A DNA stretch of 64,000 nucleotides from the NCBI GenBank assembly GCA_050916045.1, contig CP051526.1:4020154-4084153 (forward strand). Reading direction: 5' to 3'. This stretch comes from Tepidisphaera sp. (GTDB lineage Bacteria; Planctomycetota; Phycisphaerae; Phycisphaerales; UBA1924). Under the pieces are notes generated by a model that was given only the letters and a program-made list of their open reading frames with translations, did not search any database and was not told the origin of the DNA. This document shows, piece by piece, positions 18,261 to 27,765 of this stretch (positions within the stretch are counted from its first letter, which is position 1; every line of letters begins with the position of its first letter). Both the position numbers and the translations under genes were made by a program.

Positions 18261-20135
18261 ATGAGCTCCATCAACGCGCCACTCAAGACCCAAGCCGCCG
18301 CCGGCGCCGCGTCCGCCTCCAGCGCCGAAGCCGCCGTGCCCCACGCCGTGGGCGCCAAGGAAACCGTGATCTCGCTGATCATCGCGTTCGCCCTCGCCTT
18401 CGTCTTCCGCGGCTACGTCGTCGAGCCCTACGTCATCCCGACCAACTCGATGGCGCCCACGCTCCTCGGTGCCCACGTTCGCTGGGTCAACCCCGCCAAC
18501 GGATACGACTGGCCGACCTCGCACTTCTTCTCCGTCGGCGGCGACACGCCCATCTCTCAGCAGGGTGGCACGCTCGGCAACATCTCCATGGGGCCCATCG
18601 CCACCTTTGACCCCATGTCGCGCGAACCCCTGCAGTTCGACAAGGGTCTGCCGCTCCGCTCCGGCGATCGCATCTTCGTCCTCCGCTACGTCTACCCCCT
18701 CTTCACGCCAAGCCGCTGGGACGTCGTCGTCTTCAAGACGCCCACGCCCCCGGGCCGCGGCGCGACGCAAAGCACCGGCGCCACGCAAGCGTTCATCAAG
18801 CGGCTGATCGGCCTCCCCAACGAGGAGCTCGCGCTCTTTGACGGCGATGTCTTCACCCGCCCAAACGACGGCACGCCCACCCCCGCCGGCCAGACCCGCT
18901 GGGACCTCCCCGGCTGGAAAGTCCAGCCCAAGGACGAACGCTCGCAGCGAGCCGTCTGGCAGCCCATCTTCGACAGCCGCTACGCCGTCGCGACCACCAT
19001 GCAGGGCCGCGCCTTCCAGGGCCCCTTCGTGGGCGAGGGCGCGGGGTGGGAGATCGCCGGCCGCACGTCCTACGTCTACTCGGGCACGGCCCCGACTCGC
19101 CTGGTCTGGGATATGACCCACGACCGCTCGATCGATTACGCCGCCCTCCACCGCAACGACGGCGGGCTGGTTCAGCGCTTCCACAACGCCCGCTTGCGCT
19201 GGGCGCTCAACGACTCCTACTCGATGGATGAGATCCTGCCGCCGATGATGGACAACGCGGCTTCGCGGCAGGAGATGCTCTACCCGGTCTCGGACCTTCG
19301 CCTCTCCGCCGGCGTCGAGCCCACGGCCGCGGGCGTGACCTTCGCGTCCGTCATCCGCACACGCGGCCACGAGTTCCGCGCCCGTCTTTCGCCGGCTTCG
19401 GGCGCAACCCGCGCCGAGCTCCAGATGCGGCCCGTAGCCGCGGGCCAAGCCGCGGACGCGGGATGGACCACCCTCGCCGCCGCCGACGCGACGCAAGCCC
19501 TGCAGCCCGGCAAGGTCTCCAACATCGACTTCTGGCACCACGACCAGCGCCTCGAACTCTGGATCGAGAACACCCTCATCGCCCGCGCCGACTACGACTG
19601 GTCCCTCGCCCAGCGCGTCCAGCAGGTCTTCGGCAAGTCCATCGCCGAAGCCCTCGCCGCCGACACCGTTCAGTCTCTCCTCCGCGGCGACCCCCGCGTC
19701 GTGAACAACCCCGGATTCTTCGGCTCAGGTGAGAACTACTCCAAGCCCGAAATCTGGTTCGAGGTCTCCGGACCCGTCACCATGCACCGCGTCGCCGTCG
19801 CCCGAGACCTCTTCTATCAGCCCGTCTTCGCCCGCGTCGGCGCGAACTACTACAAGATCGCCAACGGCGCGCACCCCGTCCTCGCGCTCAAAGCACTCGG
19901 CCCACAGCACTACTTCACCTGCGGCGACAACAGCCCGATGAGTTCCGACGCACGCGACTGGTCCGAGGTCGACCGCTGGGTCGCCAGCGAAATCGACCCC
20001 GCCCCCGGCGTCGTCCACGAACGCCTCATGGTCGGCAAAGCCTTCTTTGTCTACTTCCCCTCCGTCCAGTCGCGACAGGTCCTGGGAACCAGAATCCCCA
20101 TGGTCGACGCTGGTCGGATGCGCTGGATCTGGTGA
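18261..20135 (+). CDS. lepB: signal peptidase I (S26), planctomycete long form with large insertion
   Basis: IPTNSMAPTL (Ser), RWDVVVFK, FIKRLIGLP (Lys) and GDNSPMSSDAR motifs. Confidence 0.9.
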   Translation: MSSINAPLKTQAAAGAASASSAEAAVPHAVGAKETVISLIIAFALAFVFRGYVVEPYVIPTNSMAPTLLGAHVRWVNPANGYDWPTSHFFSVGGDTPISQQGGTLGNISMGPIATFDPMSREPLQFDKGLPLRSGDRIFVLRYVYPLFTPSRWDVVVFKTPTPPGRGATQSTGATQAFIKRLIGLPNEELALFDGDVFTRPNDGTPTPAGQTRWDLPGWKVQPKDERSQRAVWQPIFDSRYAVATTMQGRAFQGPFVGEGAGWEIAGRTSYVYSGTAPTRLVWDMTHDRSIDYAALHRNDGGLVQRFHNARLRWALNDSYSMDEILPPMMDNAASRQEMLYPVSDLRLSAGVEPTAAGVTFASVIRTRGHEFRARLSPASGATRAELQMRPVAAGQAADAGWTTLAAADATQALQPGKVSNIDFWHHDQRLELWIENTLIARADYDWSLAQRVQQVFGKSIAEALAADTVQSLLRGDPRVVNNPGFFGSGENYSKPEIWFEVSGPVTMHRVAVARDLFYQPVFARVGANYYKIANGAHPVLALKALGPQHYFTCGDNSPMSSDARDWSEVDRWVASEIDPAPGVVHERLMVGKAFFVYFPSVQSRQVLGTRIPMVDAGRMRWIW

Positions 20136-20201
20136 TTCCCGCCCCGATGAAGCAATGGAGCCCGGCCGCTTTGGCGAACGCGCTCCGTTTGGTCGATCCG
20201 A

Positions 20202-20447
20202 TCACGCCGCTTTGCGGAACGTCGACTTGGCCGTCGTGCGGCGGGTGATCTTCCCGGCGACGCGGGTCTTGCGACGCGTCGTCTTGCGGGAAGCCTTGCG
20301 GGTCGCGGTCTTCGCGAACTTCACGCCCGTCTTCTTCGCGACGGTCTTGCCCTTGCGAGCCGTCTTGCTCGCGGTCTTGCGCGAGGTCTTGCGGGCTTTG
20401 CCAGCCGTCTTCCGGGTCTTTTTCGCGAATCGTTTCGTCGTCGCCAT
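20202..20447 (-). CDS. histone H1-like small basic protein (81 aa)
   Basis: MATTKRFAKKTRKTAGKARKTSRKT...; K/R/T/A-rich; SD GGAG upstream; AAG/ACG codon bias. Confidence 0.8.
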   Translation of the reverse strand: MATTKRFAKKTRKTAGKARKTSRKTASKTARKGKTVAKKTGVKFAKTATRKASRKTTRRKTRVAGKITRRTTAKSTFRKAA

Positions 20448-20618
20448 TCTGAAATCTCCATGCGGGACCATCCCCGCGAAACGCCGTTCCGGTACTCCCG
20501 GCCGAGGAGAACGCTTGGTCCTCCCCGTTCTCGGCGTCTCTCCCCATCGGCCAATCTCATCATCCGCATAACATTTGGGCCCCCCGCGAGCAAAAAACGC
20601 CGAAAGTTGTTGTGACCC

Positions 20619-22028
20619 ATGAGCATCGCTCCCCCATCGCCCGCCGTGTCCCCCTCACGCCCCCTCGACTGGTCACCAGACTCGTGGCGGTCGTTCCCCG
20701 TCTCGCAAGCGATCGATTATCCGGACGCCGCTCGCCTCGCTTCCGCCGTCCGCCAGCTCCGCGAACTCCCGCCGCTGGTCACAAGCTGGGAAATCGAGCG
20801 CCTCAAGCGCGAGATCGCCGAAGCCCAGGAAGGCAAGCGGTTCATCCTGCAGGGCGGTGACTGCGCCGAAACCCTCGACGACTGCCGGCCCGATGTCATC
20901 ACCAACAAGCTCAAAATCCTCCTCCAGATGTCGCTCGTGCTCGTCTACGGCGGGAAAAAGCCCGTCACGCGCGTCGGCCGCTTCGCCGGCCAATACGCCA
21001 AGCCGCGAAGCAGCGCCACCGAGACCATCGCCGTCGACGGTGCCCCCATCACCCTCCCAAGCTACTTCGGCGACCTCGTCAACCGCCCCGCTTTCACTCC
21101 CGAAGATCGCACGCCCGACCCCTCCCTGATGGTCCGCGCGTACAAGCACTCGGCCCTCACGCTCAACTTCATCCGCGCCCTGGTCGACGGCGGGTTCGCG
21201 GACCTTCACCACCCGGAGTACTGGGACCTTCGCTTCTTCACCCACGCCAGCCTCTCACCCGGCCAGCGCGGCGAGTACGAGCGCATGACCCGCACCTTGT
21301 CCGACGGCTTGCGATTCATGGAAGCCCTCGGCGAGCGCACCGTCGATGACCTGACGCGGGTGGACTTCTTCACCAGCCACGAAGGGCTAAGCCTCGAGTA
21401 CGAGTCCGCCCAGACGCGCACCGTGCCCCGCCGCGAAGGCTACTACAACCTCACGACGCACCTCCCGTGGATCGGTGAACGCACCCGCGACTGCGACGGT
21501 GCCCACGTCGAGTATTTCCGCGGCATCGAGAACCCCGTCGGCGTCAAGATCGGCCCGAGCATGCAGCCGGAGGTCCTGCTCCGCCTGCTTGATCGCCTGA
21601 ATCCCAAGAATGAACCCGGCAAGATCATCCTGATCACCCGCATGGGCGCCGAGCGAGCCGCTTCGGCCCTCCCCCCGCTGATCGAGGTCGTCCGCCGCGC
21701 CGGCAAGCGCGTCCTCTGGATCTCCGACCCCATGCACGGCAACGGCATCAAAACCGCCGGCGGAATCAAGACGCGGAACTTCGACTCGATCCTCAAGGAG
21801 CTCGACGCCACCTACGACGCCCTCGTCGCGGGCGGAGCCCACCTCGGCGGCGTCCACTTCGAACTCACCGGCGAAGACGTCACCGAATGCGTCGGCGGCG
21901 GCGCGGGCGTCCGCGAATCCGACCTCTCGCGCAACTACGTCAGCCTCTGCGACCCACGCCTCAACTACCAGCAGTCGCTCGAGATGGCGTTTCTGCTCGC
22001 TCACAAGATGTCGAGCGCCAAAAAGTAA
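20619..22028 (+). CDS. class II DAHP synthase
   Basis: LQGGDCAE, GRFAGQYAKPRS, WIGERTR, DPMHGN and CDPRLN motifs. Confidence 0.96.
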   Translation: MSIAPPSPAVSPSRPLDWSPDSWRSFPVSQAIDYPDAARLASAVRQLRELPPLVTSWEIERLKREIAEAQEGKRFILQGGDCAETLDDCRPDVITNKLKILLQMSLVLVYGGKKPVTRVGRFAGQYAKPRSSATETIAVDGAPITLPSYFGDLVNRPAFTPEDRTPDPSLMVRAYKHSALTLNFIRALVDGGFADLHHPEYWDLRFFTHASLSPGQRGEYERMTRTLSDGLRFMEALGERTVDDLTRVDFFTSHEGLSLEYESAQTRTVPRREGYYNLTTHLPWIGERTRDCDGAHVEYFRGIENPVGVKIGPSMQPEVLLRLLDRLNPKNEPGKIILITRMGAERAASALPPLIEVVRRAGKRVLWISDPMHGNGIKTAGGIKTRNFDSILKELDATYDALVAGGAHLGGVHFELTGEDVTECVGGGAGVRESDLSRNYVSLCDPRLNYQQSLEMAFLLAHKMSSAKK

Positions 22029-22055
22029 AGACGACCTGCGCGGGCGGGTCGTCTT
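22028..22055. terminator. hairpin between the convergent DAHP synthase and lpdA genes
   Basis: AAGACGACCTGC-GCGG-GCGGGTCGTCTT. Confidence 0.65.
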
Positions 22056-22084
22056 CGTGGAGATCGATCTCAAACCAAGCCGAT

Positions 22085-23653
22085 TTACGCGTGGATCACG
22101 CGGCCTTCGCTCGCGAGCGCGGCTTCGTGGATCGCTTCGTGCAGGGTCGGGTGGGCGTGCATGGTGACGATGAGCTCTTCGCTCGTCGCTTCCAGTCGCC
22201 GAGCCAGGCCCAGCTCGCCGATCAACTCCGTCGCCTGGGCCGAAAGGATGTGAGCCCCGAGGATCTCGCCGCGCGGCAAGCCACGAATGATCTTGACCAT
22301 GCCCGCGTTCTCCATCGCGGCGATCGCTTTGCCGTGCGACTGCATCGAGTAGCTGCCGACGTCGTAGTCCTTGCCCTTGACCTTGCCCATGGCTTTCAGG
22401 TCACGCTCGGTGTACCCAACGCTCGCGACCTGCGGGTGGCAGTACGTGCAGCCCGGGATCGACGAGTAATCGATGCCGATGGGCTCGTGGTTGCCGTGCG
22501 GCAGCTTCTTCTCGCGCCACGCGATCCGCTCGACACACAAGATCGCTTCCTCGCTCGCCACGTGGGCAAGCCAGGGCGGGCCGATGACGTCGCCCACCGC
22601 GTACACGCCCGGCAGGTTCGTCTTGTAGTCGCAGTTCTGCTGCTCCTTCTTCGCCGCGTCGTAATCCGTCTTGATGTGGTCCTTCACCACCTCAAGCCCG
22701 AGCGAAGCGTCGAACAGGCCGTCGTACCGGCCCTTCACGCCCACCGCGAGGAGCACCTTTTCGGCTTCGAGCGTCTCCTTCTTGGCATCATCCGCTTTGC
22801 CCTTGCCGTCGGGGCCGACGACCCACGGCGCGACCGTGACCTTGACGCCCGAAGCGGTCTTGTCGACGGCGACGGTCGTCGTGCTGGTCCGGATGTCCAT
22901 CCCGGCTTTCTTGTACATCCGCTCGAGCGCGGTGCAGACCTCATCATCCTCGACCGGCAGGATCCGCGGCATCATCTCGATGACCGTGACCTTGGTGCCA
23001 AAGGTGTTGTAGAAGTAGGCGAACTCCATGCCGATCGCGCCCGCGCCGACGACGATCAGGCTCTTGGGCATGGCTTTGGTGTTCATCGCTTCGCGCGCAC
23101 CGATCACCTTGTCGCCGTCGATCTTCGCGAAGGGAAGCTCGCGAGCGACGGACCCCGTCGCGACGATCACGTTGGTCGCGGTGATCACCTCGCGGGGCGT
23201 CTTGGACGTGTTCTCGCACGGAGCGGTCGTGAGCTCATCCTGCACTTTGCAGTCGTAGATCTCGACGCGAACGGGCGATCCCTTCGCCGCTTTCACGATC
23301 TTGGCGTTGCCGATGACGTGCTCGATCTTGTTCTTCTTGAAGAGGAACCCGATGCCGTTGTTGAGCTTCTTCGCGACATCGCGGCTTCGGCCGATGGTCT
23401 TGGCCCAATCGACCTCGACAGTGCCGTTGACCTTGAGGCCCCAGTCGGCGGCCTGGTGGTGGATCTTCTCGTACACCTCGGCGTTGGCGAGCAGGGCTTT
23501 GGTCGGGATACAGCCCCAGTTGAGGCAGACGCCGCCAAGCTTGTCGCGCTCGACGCACGCCACCTTGTACCCGAGCTGAGCCGCCCGAATCGCCCCGACA
23601 TACCCCGCGGGGCCGCCACCGATCACCAGAAAGTCGAAATGCCGTTCGGCCAT
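22085..23653 (-). CDS. lpdA: dihydrolipoyl dehydrogenase
   Basis: GGGPAGY, GGVCLNWGCIPTK, GAGAIG and HAHPTLHE motifs. Confidence 0.96.
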   Translation of the reverse strand: MAERHFDFLVIGGGPAGYVGAIRAAQLGYKVACVERDKLGGVCLNWGCIPTKALLANAEVYEKIHHQAADWGLKVNGTVEVDWAKTIGRSRDVAKKLNNGIGFLFKKNKIEHVIGNAKIVKAAKGSPVRVEIYDCKVQDELTTAPCENTSKTPREVITATNVIVATGSVARELPFAKIDGDKVIGAREAMNTKAMPKSLIVVGAGAIGMEFAYFYNTFGTKVTVIEMMPRILPVEDDEVCTALERMYKKAGMDIRTSTTTVAVDKTASGVKVTVAPWVVGPDGKGKADDAKKETLEAEKVLLAVGVKGRYDGLFDASLGLEVVKDHIKTDYDAAKKEQQNCDYKTNLPGVYAVGDVIGPPWLAHVASEEAILCVERIAWREKKLPHGNHEPIGIDYSSIPGCTYCHPQVASVGYTERDLKAMGKVKGKDYDVGSYSMQSHGKAIAAMENAGMVKIIRGLPRGEILGAHILSAQATELIGELGLARRLEATSEELIVTMHAHPTLHEAIHEAALASEGRVIHA

Positions 23654-23916
23654 TGGAAGGTCCTTTCCTGAAGGATGTGACTATAGGTGAACTCGCCCCC
23701 GATGCGACTTGCGTTTCCCCGCTTTCGCCCGGCAATCGCACCGCGCGTCCGCGACTCCCTTCGGCGTTCGATCGCCCGGTCCCAACCACGGCGGCTCCAT
23801 CGATCTCTTCGGCGACGGCGTGTTCGACGCGGCGTTCGGATCGGGGCAGCCCCCTTCGCCCACTCACATCCCGGTACACTGGAATCCCCCTCCACCCCGC
23901 ACGGGAAGGACTTTCC

Positions 23917-26019
23917 ATGCCCGAATCATCCATCGACTCGACCCTCACCGAAACCCGCCGGTTCCCGCCCCCCGCGGCTTCCGACCTTGGCTTTGCCAAG
24001 TGGCACCTCGCCTCCCCCGAAGCCTACCACGCCCTCCACGAGCAATCGATCCACAACCCCGACGTCTTCTGGGCGAGCGAAGCACGCCACCTCGCGTGGT
24101 TCAAGCACTGGGACCGCGTTCTGGACTGGCAAGCCCCCGACGCCAAGTGGTTCGTCGGCGGCAAGCTCAACGCTTGCTACAACTGCGTCGACCGCCACGT
24201 TCAAGCCGGCCACGGCGAAGAGACCGCCATCGTCTGGGAAGGTGAGCCCGTCGCCCCGCGCACCAGCCACGCCGCAAGCTCCGCCTACGCCGAAGAGCCC
24301 GAGATCCGCCGGATTTCCTACCGCGAGCTACAGATCCAGACGAGCCGCGTCGCGAACGCCATGAAAGCCATGGGCGTCACCAAGGGCGATGTCGTCACGA
24401 TCTACATGCCCATGGTCCCCGAGCTCGCCGTCGCGATCCTCGCGTGCGCCCGCATCGGAGCCGCTCACTCCGTTATCTTCGGCGGATTTGCCCCAACCGC
24501 CATCTCCGAGCGGGCGATCGACGCCGAGAGCAAGTTCATCATCACGGCCGACGGCGGCTACCGCCGCGGCGAGGTCGTCCCGCTTCTCAAGAACGTCGAG
24601 GACGCGTGCAAAGCCCTGCACAACCACGGCCACGCCGTGAACCACGTCCTCGTCCTGCGGCGCACCGCTCACGAGCCGCCGAGCCAGCGCTTCACCTCGG
24701 GCCTCACTCGCGACGACATGGGCCCGGCCAAGTGGCACTGGTGGCACGAAACGGTCGACCACGCTTCGGACGCCTGCCCCTGCGAAAGCATGGACAGCGA
24801 AGACATGCTCTTCCTGCTCTACACCAGCGGCTCAACCGGCAAGCCGAAGGGGATCGTGCACACGACGGGCGGGTACCTGACGTACGTCAACATGACGGCG
24901 CGGCTGACGTTCAACCTGTTGCCCGACACCGGCCAGCTTTTCTGGTGCTCGGCGGACATCGGCTGGGTCACGGGCCACTCGTACGTGCTCTACGGCATCA
25001 TGATGAACCGCGTGCCGACGCTGATGTACGAGGGCGCGCCGAACTTCCCGAGGAACGACCGGTTCTGGGACATCATCGCTCGCCACCGCGTCACGCAGTT
25101 CTACACCGCTCCCACCGCGATCCGCACGTTCATGAAGTGGGGCACCGAGCTCCCCGCCGCACACGACCTTTCCTCGCTCAAGCTGCTTGGCTCTGTCGGT
25201 GAACCCATCAATCCCGAAGCATGGATGTGGTACCACGAGCACATCGGCGGCAAACGCTGCCCCATCGTCGACACCTACTGGCAGACTGAGACCGGCGGCC
25301 ACGTCGTGACGCCACTCCCCGGCGTCACCACCACCAAGCCCGGCTCATGCACCAGCCCGATGCTCGGCATCGACGCCGCGATCGTTTCCGAGCAGGGCGA
25401 AGAGCTCCCCGCGAACAAGGGCGGCCTCTTCGTCATCCGCAAGCCGTGGCCCGGCATGCTCCGCGGGGTCTATCGCAACCGCGAGCGGTTCATCAGCAAC
25501 TACTGGGGCCGCGTAAAGGACCCCCGCACCGGCGTCCCGTACTACTTCTCCGCCGACGGCGCCCGCCGCGATGAGGACGGCCACTTCTGGGTCCAAGGCC
25601 GCATCGACGATGTCATCAAGGTCTCCGGCCACCTTCTGGGCACCATGGAGGTCGAGTCCGCGCTCGTCAGCCACCCCGCCGTTGCCGAAGCCGCGGTCGT
25701 GGGGGTCCCCCACGAGATCAAGGGAAACGCCATCCACGCGTTCGTCACCCTTAAGTCCAAGTGGTTCGCCGATCACAAGGGGCAGCAGCCCGGCGAAGCC
25801 GAAAAGGCCGAACTCATCAAGCATGTCGCGAAGGAGGTCGGGGCCCTCGCCAAGCCCGACGTCATCCGCTTCGCCGAAAGCCTGCCCAAGACCCGCTCGG
25901 GCAAGATCATGCGACGCCTCCTCCGCGATGTCGCCGGCGGTGTCGAGAAAATCACCCAGGACACGACGACCCTCGAGGACTTCAGCGTGGTCGCCAAGCT
26001 CCGGGCGGATGAGGAATAA
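23917..26019 (+). CDS. acs: acetyl-CoA synthetase
   Basis: YTSGSTGKPKG, DTYWQTETGG and LPKTRSGKIMRR motifs. Confidence 0.96.
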   Translation: MPESSIDSTLTETRRFPPPAASDLGFAKWHLASPEAYHALHEQSIHNPDVFWASEARHLAWFKHWDRVLDWQAPDAKWFVGGKLNACYNCVDRHVQAGHGEETAIVWEGEPVAPRTSHAASSAYAEEPEIRRISYRELQIQTSRVANAMKAMGVTKGDVVTIYMPMVPELAVAILACARIGAAHSVIFGGFAPTAISERAIDAESKFIITADGGYRRGEVVPLLKNVEDACKALHNHGHAVNHVLVLRRTAHEPPSQRFTSGLTRDDMGPAKWHWWHETVDHASDACPCESMDSEDMLFLLYTSGSTGKPKGIVHTTGGYLTYVNMTARLTFNLLPDTGQLFWCSADIGWVTGHSYVLYGIMMNRVPTLMYEGAPNFPRNDRFWDIIARHRVTQFYTAPTAIRTFMKWGTELPAAHDLSSLKLLGSVGEPINPEAWMWYHEHIGGKRCPIVDTYWQTETGGHVVTPLPGVTTTKPGSCTSPMLGIDAAIVSEQGEELPANKGGLFVIRKPWPGMLRGVYRNRERFISNYWGRVKDPRTGVPYYFSADGARRDEDGHFWVQGRIDDVIKVSGHLLGTMEVESALVSHPAVAEAAVVGVPHEIKGNAIHAFVTLKSKWFADHKGQQPGEAEKAELIKHVAKEVGALAKPDVIRFAESLPKTRSGKIMRRLLRDVAGGVEKITQDTTTLEDFSVVAKLRADEE

Positions 26020-26027
26020 AGTTCGTC

Positions 26028-26462
26028 ATGGCACTCCTCACGGGCACCTTCCTGCGTGCGAGCCTGGCGGCCACCCTGGCCGGATCCGCGCTCGTTCTCT
26101 CCGGCTGCTTTCCCGTCACCGCCGAACCGTTCATCTCCGCGGGACTCACCGTCGCGCAGGAGGGAACGTCATCGTTCCGCCAGGGGGCGATCGAAGCCGC
26201 CATCCGCCAGCCGATGGCGACGGTCCACGCCGCCGCGCTCCGCGCCGTCGAATCCTGGTCCCTCACCTCCGAAGTGGTCGAGCTCGACGGCCGGCGCGGC
26301 ATCATCACCGCCCGGGAAGCCGGCGGCCGCCTGATCGAGATCACCTGCGAGCCCGTCTCTCCCGTCGTCACCGCCCTTCGGATCAAGGTCGGCTTCTGGG
26401 GCGATCAGCCCGTCAGCCGGTTGCTCCTTGAAGAAGTCCTCGGCGAGCTTCCGCCCCGCTGA
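26028..26462 (+). CDS. lipoprotein, DUF3568-like
   Basis: Lipobox LSGC; C-terminal T.L.IKVGFWGD..SR pattern. Confidence 0.7.
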   Translation: MALLTGTFLRASLAATLAGSALVLSGCFPVTAEPFISAGLTVAQEGTSSFRQGAIEAAIRQPMATVHAAALRAVESWSLTSEVVELDGRRGIITAREAGGRLIEITCEPVSPVVTALRIKVGFWGDQPVSRLLLEEVLGELPPR

Positions 26463-26499
26463 AAAAGACAGCGGGCCGAGGAATCCTTCCTCGGCCCGC
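26462..26499 (-). terminator. intrinsic terminator of the GH56 gene (possibly bidirectional)
   Basis: 12-bp stem GCGGGCCGAGGA/TCCTCGGCCCGC at 26471-26499; TGTCTTTTTC follows on the minus strand. Confidence 0.75.
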
Positions 26500-26503
26500 C
26501 GGT

Positions 26504-27765
26504 TCACGGAGTGTTGAACTCGGAGCGTCTCAGATCAGTTCGGGACGTTCGCGACACGCGTGGGCTTGGTGCTCTTGCCCACAACGACCTTGCCGTTGGG
26601 CAGCCTGGTCGCGACGACCGGTGCCCGCTGAGCCGGAGCCTGGGGATTCACCGCCAGAGCGTTCATCTGCGGGATGACCTTCGAGGTGAGCACGCTGCGG
26701 AACTCCTGGAACTGAGCTTCGCTCTCCAGGAACTCCCAGATCACCACGCCCTGGGCGCCGGCCTGCTTGGGAACCTCGAGCATCTGCCGGATGAGCGTGT
26801 CGTTCACGATCTTGCCGGAGAAGTCCGGGCCGGCGTTGCCGTGGTAACGGAACCAGATGAACGGGAGGACCGGCTTGCCGCGGGAAACGCGCACCGCTTC
26901 CTTCACGTTCTCTGAGATGTAGCGGGCGTTCTCGGCGGCCGAGTTCTGCTTGCGGCTGTAGTTCGGGCTGCTCGGCACCGTGTCGAACAGCGAGTACACC
27001 GTGGGGAAGAAGACGTCAACCGAGTCGAAAAGCCAGTTCATCTCGCGGGTGTTGATCTCCTTCCAGCGGCTGCTCATCGGAAGATAGTCGACGTAGTACT
27101 CGCGGAACGGGTACCCGTAGAAGCCCCACTTGGCTTTCGGGCGAAGCCGCTTGCACTCGCGGAGCGTGTCGAGATAGAACCGCTGAGCGGACGCGTTGTA
27201 GCTCGACTCGAACGCGCGCTCGAGAGCGTCACCCGAGAGGCCCGCGATCACCTGCGGACGGTTCTGGCGGATGTGATCCTTCCAGTCGTCCTTGAAGTCG
27301 CCGTCGCGGGCGTCCCGCGCCGCACTGCTCGGGGCGTTGTGAAGACGCGACCAGATCGGCGACCACGTTTCATAGTCGATGACCGCGTACCCGCTGAAGT
27401 TCGGATCGGGGATGATGCGGGCAACGTCGGCCGCGACCTTGGTGAGGTGCGCCTGCATCGCCGCGGGGTTGTCAATCGTGTGGACGCCCGCGTGCGGGAA
27501 GTTGCCAAGCCAGCTCTCATAGAAGAGCACGGTGTCCCGCTTGATCGCGGTGCCGCTGAGATCGATCTGCGCCTGATAGTCGATGCCCCGGGTGCGCGAC
27601 ACCCAGGTGCCCACGCCCCAGTGGGCCATGTACTCGCCGCTTGAGTTCGATGCGGACTGGCCGCTCGCGACGGGCACCGCCGTGCCGGCGACACCCGCCG
27701 CCACGAGCCCCAGAATTCCCCAAGACTTCGAACTGCTGAAAGCTTTCATAGTCAACACTCCGTGA
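26504..27765. repeat. perfect 14-bp inverted repeat bracketing the GH56 gene
   Basis: TCACGGAGTGTTGA at 26504-26517 and TCAACACTCCGTGA at 27752-27765. Confidence 0.9.
26535..27749 (-). CDS. secreted GH56 hyaluronidase-like glycoside hydrolase
   Basis: Signal peptide; PDPNFSGYAVIDYETWSP (DxE), LRPKAKWGFYGYP, WLFDSVDVFFPTVY and GAQGVVIW motifs. Confidence 0.85.
   Translation of the reverse strand: MKAFSSSKSWGILGLVAAGVAGTAVPVASGQSASNSSGEYMAHWGVGTWVSRTRGIDYQAQIDLSGTAIKRDTVLFYESWLGNFPHAGVHTIDNPAAMQAHLTKVAADVARIIPDPNFSGYAVIDYETWSPIWSRLHNAPSSAARDARDGDFKDDWKDHIRQNRPQVIAGLSGDALERAFESSYNASAQRFYLDTLRECKRLRPKAKWGFYGYPFREYYVDYLPMSSRWKEINTREMNWLFDSVDVFFPTVYSLFDTVPSSPNYSRKQNSAAENARYISENVKEAVRVSRGKPVLPFIWFRYHGNAGPDFSGKIVNDTLIRQMLEVPKQAGAQGVVIWEFLESEAQFQEFRSVLTSKVIPQMNALAVNPQAPAQRAPVVATRLPNGKVVVGKSTKPTRVANVPN

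Noticed and set aside
23709..23916. Small ORF in the lpdA-acs intergenic region
   Set aside because: No RBS or recognisable motif, and the frame runs out of phase into acs.
26504..27765. Inverted repeats as IS or MITE ends
   Set aside because: No transposase or recombinase in the window, no obvious target-site duplication, and the repeat coincides with the RBS.
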